From an uncultured Bacilli bacterium (GTDB lineage Bacteria > Bacillota_I > Bacilli_A > RF39 > UBA660): DNA of 63,753 nt. The notes under the pieces are model-generated. The model saw only the letters and a list, made by a program, of their open reading frames with translations. It had not been told where the DNA came from and made no database searches. This document shows positions 58,065 to 63,753 of the stretch, piece after piece. Position numbers and translations under genes: made by a program. How positions within the stretch are numbered: position 1 is the stretch's first letter; each line of letters begins with the position of its first letter. The stretch is taken from assembly GCA_947629255.1 (NCBI GenBank), contig CANRDF010000003.1:1-63753 (forward strand). Direction: 5' to 3'.

Positions 58065-59960
58065 ATGAATCTAAAGAAATTTAAAGAAAGAGATCATAAA
58101 AGAATAGGAATTGTTGTATTTACCATCGCCTGTATTTTATTAGTTTGTGGAGCAGTTCTTTATCGAACATTTGCTATTTTTGAAGTAAATACAAATCAAA
58201 ATGTGATTAATGGTCAAGTTCAGGGTATGGGAGATTTAGAATTTGCTTTTTATAAAGATAATACTTTAGTAAAAGAAGTTCCAAAAAAAGAAGAAGGTTA
58301 TTCCTTAGATACCAGCTCTAGTTATTGTATAGATTTATTAAATAATCAAAAAGTTAGCAATATCAATTGGGATAACGAAAGATGGGGACCATATTTATCT
58401 AATATCACAACGACTAAAACAAAATGTTATTTATATTTTAAGAAAATATATCAAGAAGATATTTTAAATGGAGCCATACCAGATCTTGGAAATGGAAGAC
58501 TTATCCCTGTTCAAATCAAAGAAGAACAACCAACAGGAATTACAATTCAAAATATCGGTGATGGTTCTTATGGTGGAAAAGTAGAAAAAGCAGATATAAC
58601 TGATACATGGTATAGTTACAAAGATAAACGATGGGCAAATGCAGTCATATTAAAAGATGGAGTAGAAGATAATTATAGTCCAGGCCAAGAAATAGAAGAA
58701 AAAGATATAGAAGCTTACTTTGTATGGATTCCAAGATATAGTTATAAATTACAAGAGAGCGAAGAAACATATACAGGATATATTGATATAATAACTAAAA
58801 ACACATATCCAGATGTTCAAAGTTTTTATAATTATATTAATGGAAACAAAGGAGAAACAGAAGTTTTTGATATTCAATTTGAAACTAAAAATAGTAGTGT
58901 CAAGCAAGGTTCGCAAAAAGGACAATATTTAACCCATCCAGCATTTGTATCCTTTGATAGTAATGGACTATGGGTTGGCAAATTTGAAACTGGATATAAT
59001 CAAAATAATGAAAATATAGATGTCAAGTCTAATAATAGTTGGAATGCAGATAATGCTAAAAAAAATGAAGAAAATTCTTCTAAAATCATTATAAAACCAA
59101 ATGTATATAGTTGGAGAGAAATACAAGTAGCCAATGCTTTTTATACAAGTTATAATTATCAAAGAGACTTAGAAAGTCATATGATGAAAAATACAGAATG
59201 GGGAGCAGTAGCCTATTTAACTCAAAGTATATATGGAAGATGTGAAGAAAATGGAATTTGTAAAGAAGTAAGAATCAATAATTCAAGTAGTTATGTTACA
59301 GGAATGTCAGCCGCTAATGCTCCGACGTGTGGATTTACCGCAACAAGAGAGAATTGTAATTGGTATGAAACAACTGCATTAAATATCGATAGTAAAGAGG
59401 TACAAAGCTATTATAATAAAAATAACAAGGAAGCAAGTACAACAGGAAATTATACAGGAATTTATGACATGGCTGGTGGGGCTTGGGAGTATGTAATGGG
59501 GGTTATGCACGCTCAAGATAAAGTTGCTACTCCAACAAGTGGAAGAAGTAGTACATATAATTCAGGATTTAAAGGACCATATAGTTGTTCTACTTGTGAT
59601 GGAGCATCTTCTGACACAGAAAATAAAGATGGTAAACCATGGCCTTCTTCCAAATATTATGATTTATATGATTATGATACAACAGATCGAAATTTTTATC
59701 GAGGAAAGCTAGGAGACGGAACAAAAGAGGTTGGCCCATTTTACAGTGTTGCATATCAAAAACCTAGTGGAGGTAATGGCTCCGCTAGATTAGCAGGAAG
59801 TTATAATGCAGACGTTGCTTTTTTTGTCGATAGCTACTATCCGTGGTTCAGACGTGGTGCTCTTTGTACAGACGGTACAGAGGCTGGGCTTTCAGCCTTC
59901 ATTAATAGCCACGGCCAAGCTTATATTAATACTACTTTTCGCATCGTTCTTACCCCATAA
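58065..59960 (+). CDS. signal-anchored extracellular protein with an FGE-sulfatase/SUMF1-like C-terminal domain
   Basis: The N-terminus 'MNLKKFKERDHKRIGIVVFTIACILLVCGAVLYRTFAIFEVNTNQNVINGQVQ' is paralogous to 40321..41565. 'GIYDMAGGAWEYVMG' and 'WFRRGA....FRIVL' resemble the GNVWEW and RGGSW..FR motifs of the FGE-sulfatase fold. Confidence 0.65.
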   Translation: MNLKKFKERDHKRIGIVVFTIACILLVCGAVLYRTFAIFEVNTNQNVINGQVQGMGDLEFAFYKDNTLVKEVPKKEEGYSLDTSSSYCIDLLNNQKVSNINWDNERWGPYLSNITTTKTKCYLYFKKIYQEDILNGAIPDLGNGRLIPVQIKEEQPTGITIQNIGDGSYGGKVEKADITDTWYSYKDKRWANAVILKDGVEDNYSPGQEIEEKDIEAYFVWIPRYSYKLQESEETYTGYIDIITKNTYPDVQSFYNYINGNKGETEVFDIQFETKNSSVKQGSQKGQYLTHPAFVSFDSNGLWVGKFETGYNQNNENIDVKSNNSWNADNAKKNEENSSKIIIKPNVYSWREIQVANAFYTSYNYQRDLESHMMKNTEWGAVAYLTQSIYGRCEENGICKEVRINNSSSYVTGMSAANAPTCGFTATRENCNWYETTALNIDSKEVQSYYNKNNKEASTTGNYTGIYDMAGGAWEYVMGVMHAQDKVATPTSGRSSTYNSGFKGPYSCSTCDGASSDTENKDGKPWPSSKYYDLYDYDTTDRNFYRGKLGDGTKEVGPFYSVAYQKPSGGNGSARLAGSYNADVAFFVDSYYPWFRRGALCTDGTEAGLSAFINSHGQAYINTTFRIVLTP

Positions 59961-60436
59961 TACCAAAAAAACTTGCAAAATCAACAAAGTGTGGTATAAT
60001 GTTTACAGAAAGAGAAATCTTTCATAAAATGAAAACTATGTTTCATAATATAGTTTAGGACATAAAAAAGATACATCTGATTTTTGCGTGTTAGGTGTGT
60101 CACAGTCCAGTATTCCTTTTGTGAGAAGCACCCAGTCTATGATATGTAAGGGTGCTTTCTTGTGTCATTTTTTAAAACACTTAGTCCTTGTTTTGGAAAT
60201 ACTTTTCTAAAACTAATATAAGAATTATGAAAAGTATGAGAATATTCATTATTCATTCCTTTCATGGACCATCACCTCTTTCCAAAATAAAATTCATAAT
60301 TAAATAGATAAAAACAAAAATTAAATGGACTGAGGAGAAAGACACCTAACAATCAAACGTATCTTAATATCATTATATAACAATAATAAACTGTTTGCAA
60401 GAATTTACAAATATATTTATAAGGAAAGTGATATCT

Positions 60437-61165
60437 ATGAAACCCGAATTGATTACAGATTTAGACTGGCAACTTCTAAAAGAAAAATACAAAGACAACT
60501 TAGAAGAAATAATAGACAAATTAGAGAGACATTATCCGGTTCAATATTTGATTGGCTATGTTGATTTTTATGATACTCACATCAATGTGGATGAACGAGT
60601 ATTAATACCTAGATTTGAAACAGAGTATTTAGTCGAAAAAACAATTCAAAGAATAAAATCTTTAAAATTAGAAAATCCTAAAATTTTAGAACTAGGAACA
60701 GGAAGTGGCTGTATTTCAATTGCTTTAAAAAAACACATCCCATGTGAAGTAACCGCGATAGATATTTTGAAAGATGCTTTGGATGTAGCAAAAGAAAATG
60801 CAAACTTAAATCATGTGAATATCCACTTTATTTTAGAAGATATGTTACAAACAAGTTACGAACATTTTGATATAATCATAAGTAACCCGCCTTATGTATC
60901 TAAAGAAATACCTGTTGTAGAAGAAACAAAATACGAACCCCAAAATGCTATCTTTGCTCCTCAAGAAGGAATGTTTTTCTATGAAGAAATTATTAAAAAA
61001 GTATCCAAGTTAAAAACACAACCAAAACTTATAGCTTTTGAAATCGGTTATGAACAAAAGTCAAAAATAGAAAAGTTAATAACCACTTACTTATCCACAT
61101 ATGAATGCGTGATAGAAAAAGATTTAGCAGGAAAAGACCGTTATGCTTTTTTAATCCATGAATAA
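60437..61165 (+). CDS. prmC: release factor glutamine methyltransferase
   Basis: 'ILELGTGSGCISIAL' and the 'ISNPPYV' NPPY motif. I trimmed the start to MKPELI, which has an AAGGAAAG RBS. Confidence 0.9.
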   Translation: MKPELITDLDWQLLKEKYKDNLEEIIDKLERHYPVQYLIGYVDFYDTHINVDERVLIPRFETEYLVEKTIQRIKSLKLENPKILELGTGSGCISIALKKHIPCEVTAIDILKDALDVAKENANLNHVNIHFILEDMLQTSYEHFDIIISNPPYVSKEIPVVEETKYEPQNAIFAPQEGMFFYEEIIKKVSKLKTQPKLIAFEIGYEQKSKIEKLITTYLSTYECVIEKDLAGKDRYAFLIHE

Positions 61166-61204
61166 AAATGTGAACAACCACCCTTAAATAATATAGGTGA
61201 GAAA

Positions 61205-61711
61205 ATGAAAAAAATAATTCCTATATTATTTATCCTATTTTTAGTCTATGGCTTAACAAATAAAGAAGAAGTCATAATACCAGACTACGCAATTCGCTTT
61301 CGAGTAATTGCAAACTCAAATACCTTACAAGACCAAACAACAAAGTATCTTGTGAAAAATGATTTAGAAAACAAACTAAATGACTTAATGCAAGACGTTA
61401 AAACAAAAGAAGAAGCAAGCGAGAAAATAGAAGAATCTATGCCGTGGATAAGAGAAGAAGTAAATAAATATACTTTAAAAAACACAGTTTCATATGGAAA
61501 AAATGAATTCCCAGAAAAAGAATACAAAGGAGTTGTGTATCCAAGTGGAAAATATGATTCACTAGTCATCACTTTAGGAAATGGAGAAGGCGAAAACTGG
61601 TGGTGTGTGATGTTCCCACCATTATGCTTACTAGATGCCAAAGAAAACAATACAGAAGATGTGGAATACAAATTCTTTGTTCAAGAAATCTTGAATCAAT
61701 TCCATTCATAG
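61205..61711 (+). CDS. spoIIR: stage II sporulation protein R
   Basis: A signal anchor, 'IRFRVIANSNTLQDQ' and 'NWWCVMFPPLC' match the SpoIIR family pattern. Confidence 0.85.
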   Translation: MKKIIPILFILFLVYGLTNKEEVIIPDYAIRFRVIANSNTLQDQTTKYLVKNDLENKLNDLMQDVKTKEEASEKIEESMPWIREEVNKYTLKNTVSYGKNEFPEKEYKGVVYPSGKYDSLVITLGNGEGENWWCVMFPPLCLLDAKENNTEDVEYKFFVQEILNQFHS

Positions 61712-61750
61712 AACCAAACGTCTATCATATAGTAATATTAGGAGTTACTT

Positions 61751-62290
61751 ATGATAGACTTTTTAAATGTTTTAATGATTGCCGTTGCCTTGTCAATGGA
61801 CACATTTTCCTTATCTTTAGGAATTGGAACCTATAACATATCAAGAAAGAAATGTTTCCAAATTAGTATGACTGTAGGAATCATGCATTTTATCATGCCT
61901 TATTTAGGAGATCTGATTGGTGATAAAATAGTTTCCTTCTTTGCTTTAAACAGCAATCTATTCTTAGGATGTATTCTTCTTTTTATCGCAGGCAATCTAT
62001 TATGGGAAATGCACAAAAAAGAAGACACAACCGAAATGGATTTTTCATTTTTAGGAATTTTCCTTTTTGCCTTTGGTGTTTCCATTGATGCTTTTTCAAC
62101 CGGATTAGGTTTATCAGCAATCACCAAAAGCAAGGTATCAGCAATGCTTATTTTTTCTATCGTAAGCTTTCTATTTACCATGTTAGGTTTAGCCATTGGT
62201 AAATTTGCATCTAAAAAATTAGGAAAGAAAGCCAATATTTTAGGTTTCTTTCTTCTAGTCATTTTAGGTGTCATACATATATGTAAATAA
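61751..62290 (+). CDS. mntP: manganese efflux pump MntP (DUF204)
   Basis: The duplicated 'LSMDTFSLSLG' and 'VSIDAFSTGLG' motifs, with six predicted TM helices. Confidence 0.85.
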   Translation: MIDFLNVLMIAVALSMDTFSLSLGIGTYNISRKKCFQISMTVGIMHFIMPYLGDLIGDKIVSFFALNSNLFLGCILLFIAGNLLWEMHKKEDTTEMDFSFLGIFLFAFGVSIDAFSTGLGLSAITKSKVSAMLIFSIVSFLFTMLGLAIGKFASKKLGKKANILGFFLLVILGVIHICK

Positions 62291-62363
62291 AGAGAAAATA
62301 ACTTTAAATCAATAAAAAAATTTGATATAGTTAAATTAAGAAATGTGCAAGGAGTGTTTGAAT

Positions 62364-63617
62364 ATGCAAAAAATACAAATACATGGGGGAAAAGAACTTT
62401 CAGGAACCATCAAAATTTCTGGCGCCAAAAATGCTGCTGTCGCTTTAATTCCCGCGGCAATTCTTTGCGATGAAGAAGCAAGTATTTTAAATGTCCCTGA
62501 TATTACGGATCGAGATGCCCTAATACGTATTATTGAATTATTAAATGGAAAAGTTGAAGTCCAAGAAAGTGATTTGAAAATCGATGTAAGAGATTTAAAA
62601 AATACAGTGATCCCAGAAAATCTATCAAATAAGCTAAGAGCAAGTTACTATTTTATGGGAGCTTTACTTGGAAGATTAAAACATGTTGAAATTTATTTTC
62701 CAGGGGGTTGTAATATAGGCAAAAGAAAAATAGATTTTCATTTAAAAGGTTTTGAAGCCTTAGGCGCAACCATAATTGAAGATAACGATAAATATATTAT
62801 TGAAGCCGAAGAATTAAAAGGAACCAAAATATACTTAGACTTTGCAAGTGTCGGAGCAACCATTAATATCATGCTAGCCGCTGTAAAAGCAAAAGGAACA
62901 ACAATTATTAACAATGCTGCTAAGGAACCTGAAATCGTAAATGTAGCATCTTTCCTAAATAACATGGGGGCCAAAATAACAGGTGCAGGAACAAGCAAAA
63001 TACGAATTGAAGGAGTAGAATATCTTCATAAATCAATGATTGAAGTTATACCCGACAGAATAGAAGCAGGAACATATATTATCATGGGAGCTTTGCTTGG
63101 TAAAGACCTTAGAATTGAAAACATTATCGTGGAACATCTCATGTCTTTAATCTCAAAACTACAAGAAATTGGTGTAGATATTAAATTAGAAAAAGATAAT
63201 CTAGTGATAAACCACGGTAAAAAACTAAAATCTTTAAACATCACAACATTAGTTTATCCAGGATTCCCAACAGATTTAGCTCAGCCAATTTCAGTTTTAA
63301 TGACTCAATGTAACGGGACAAGCGTTTTAGAAGAAACAATATATTCCAATCGTATGGGACAAGTGCCTTATCTAAATAACATGGGTGCTGACATTAAAGT
63401 ATCCAATCAAACTGCCTATATTAAAGGAAAAACAAAACTATATGGTAGTGAAGTAAAAGCAAGTGATCTAAGAGCAGGTGCTTCTTTAGTAATAGCAGGA
63501 CTAATTGCCGATGGAACAACTTCCATATCTGACATAGACCATATCTTAAGAGGTTATGAACATATTATTGAAAAACTTCAAAATGTAGGAGCCGACATAA
63601 AATTAATAAACGAATAA
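62364..63617 (+). CDS. murA: UDP-N-acetylglucosamine 1-carboxyvinyltransferase
   Basis: 'ISGAKNAAVALIPAA', 'GGCNIGKRKIDFH' (active-site Cys loop) and 'DLRAGASLVIAGL'. I set the start at MQKIQI, which has an AAGGAG RBS. Confidence 0.95.
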   Translation: MQKIQIHGGKELSGTIKISGAKNAAVALIPAAILCDEEASILNVPDITDRDALIRIIELLNGKVEVQESDLKIDVRDLKNTVIPENLSNKLRASYYFMGALLGRLKHVEIYFPGGCNIGKRKIDFHLKGFEALGATIIEDNDKYIIEAEELKGTKIYLDFASVGATINIMLAAVKAKGTTIINNAAKEPEIVNVASFLNNMGAKITGAGTSKIRIEGVEYLHKSMIEVIPDRIEAGTYIIMGALLGKDLRIENIIVEHLMSLISKLQEIGVDIKLEKDNLVINHGKKLKSLNITTLVYPGFPTDLAQPISVLMTQCNGTSVLEETIYSNRMGQVPYLNNMGADIKVSNQTAYIKGKTKLYGSEVKASDLRAGASLVIAGLIADGTTSISDIDHILRGYEHIIEKLQNVGADIKLINE

Positions 63618-63645
63618 AGCAAGGAACTAAAAACCTTGCTTTTTA
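63617..63645 (+). terminator. rho-independent terminator of murA
   Basis: The hairpin AAGCAAGG-N9-CCTTGCTT is followed by TTT. Confidence 0.7.
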
Positions 63646-63656
63646 ACCAATAATGT

Positions 63657-63710
63657 ATTATCAGGGATCCCTGATAATATATTTTATCAGGGAATTAATA
63701 TTATCAGGGA
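63657..63710. repeat. cluster of four TTATCAGGGA half-sites (one 22-bp perfect palindrome plus two direct copies)
   Basis: ATTATCAGGGATCCCTGATAAT spans 63657..63678. TTATCAGGGA recurs at 63684..63693 and 63701..63710. Confidence 0.7.
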
Positions 63711-63753
63711 AAACAAGGAAAATGCCAATAAAATAAAGCATTTTCCTTTTCAT

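Noticed and set aside
60100-60262. A possible 42-aa minus-strand ORF (MKGMNNEYSHTF...) with a GAGGTGA RBS, plus a nearby hairpin (AAGCACCC..GGGTGCTT), in the 434-bp gap before prmC.
   Set aside because: It is too short, shows no family resemblance and has no supporting conservation. It could equally be a cassette remnant or a terminator, so I did not call it.
63662-63753. A short minus-strand ORF starting at the window edge (MKRKMLYFIGIFLVFPDNIN...).
   Set aside because: It reads straight through the TTATCAGGGA repeat cluster and stops within the palindrome. It is more likely a chance ORF over a regulatory region.

Overview
This window is the replication-origin region of a strongly AT-rich, spore-forming Bacillota (Firmicutes) chromosome. 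Genes left of about 41.6 kb run on the minus strand and genes to the right mostly run on the plus strand. They diverge from a bipartite oriC that flanks dnaA, with DnaA-box clusters at 37.2-37.35 kb and 38.8-39.1 kb. The conserved backbone on the left is tatD, metG (with a T-box leader), spoVT, mfd, pth, ricT, holB, bofA, recR, ybaB, dnaX, tadA, SRP RNA, gyrA, gyrB, recF, comK-like, dnaN and dnaA. On the right it is rpmH, rnpA, yidC, jag, mnmE, mnmG, rsmG, a noc-like gene, argS, rpoE, prfA, prmC, spoIIR, mntP and murA. Accessory insertions interrupt this backbone:
- **parS array.** A roughly 1 kb non-coding block between the SRP RNA gene and gyrA carries ten copies of the Spo0J/ParB parS palindrome (TGTTNCACGTGNAACA). 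It resembles a plasmid-style centromere, and no Spo0J/Soj pair is encoded nearby.
- **Noc-type gene and sites.** The only ParB-family gene in the window has Noc-type specificity residues. Three perfect Noc-binding-site palindromes lie inside coding genes.
- **Type VII secretion island.** A roughly 16 kb island sits between metG and tatD. It encodes a fused tandem-WXG protein, an IS1182-like insertion, EssC, a YukD-like protein and WXG-like proteins. It also encodes a 1980-aa polymorphic toxin with a C-terminal R-S-E ADP-ribosyltransferase domain and an internal RelA/SpoT-like segment, followed by an ADP-ribosylglycohydrolase immunity candidate. No EsaA, EssA or EssB is present.
- **Paralogous cassettes.** Two cassettes, each an XRE regulator beside a membrane-anchored exoprotein, split the dnaA-rpmH and prfA-prmC pairs.
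- **Rpn-family nucleases.** Rpn-like PD-(D/E)XK genes are present, one followed by a free-standing copy of its own C-terminal domain.
- **Smaller signals.** Tandem Spo0A boxes lie in oriC and upstream of the comK-like and Rpn genes. Three head-to-tail perfect DnaA boxes are embedded in the dnaA coding sequence. rpmH has an apparent C-terminal frameshift.
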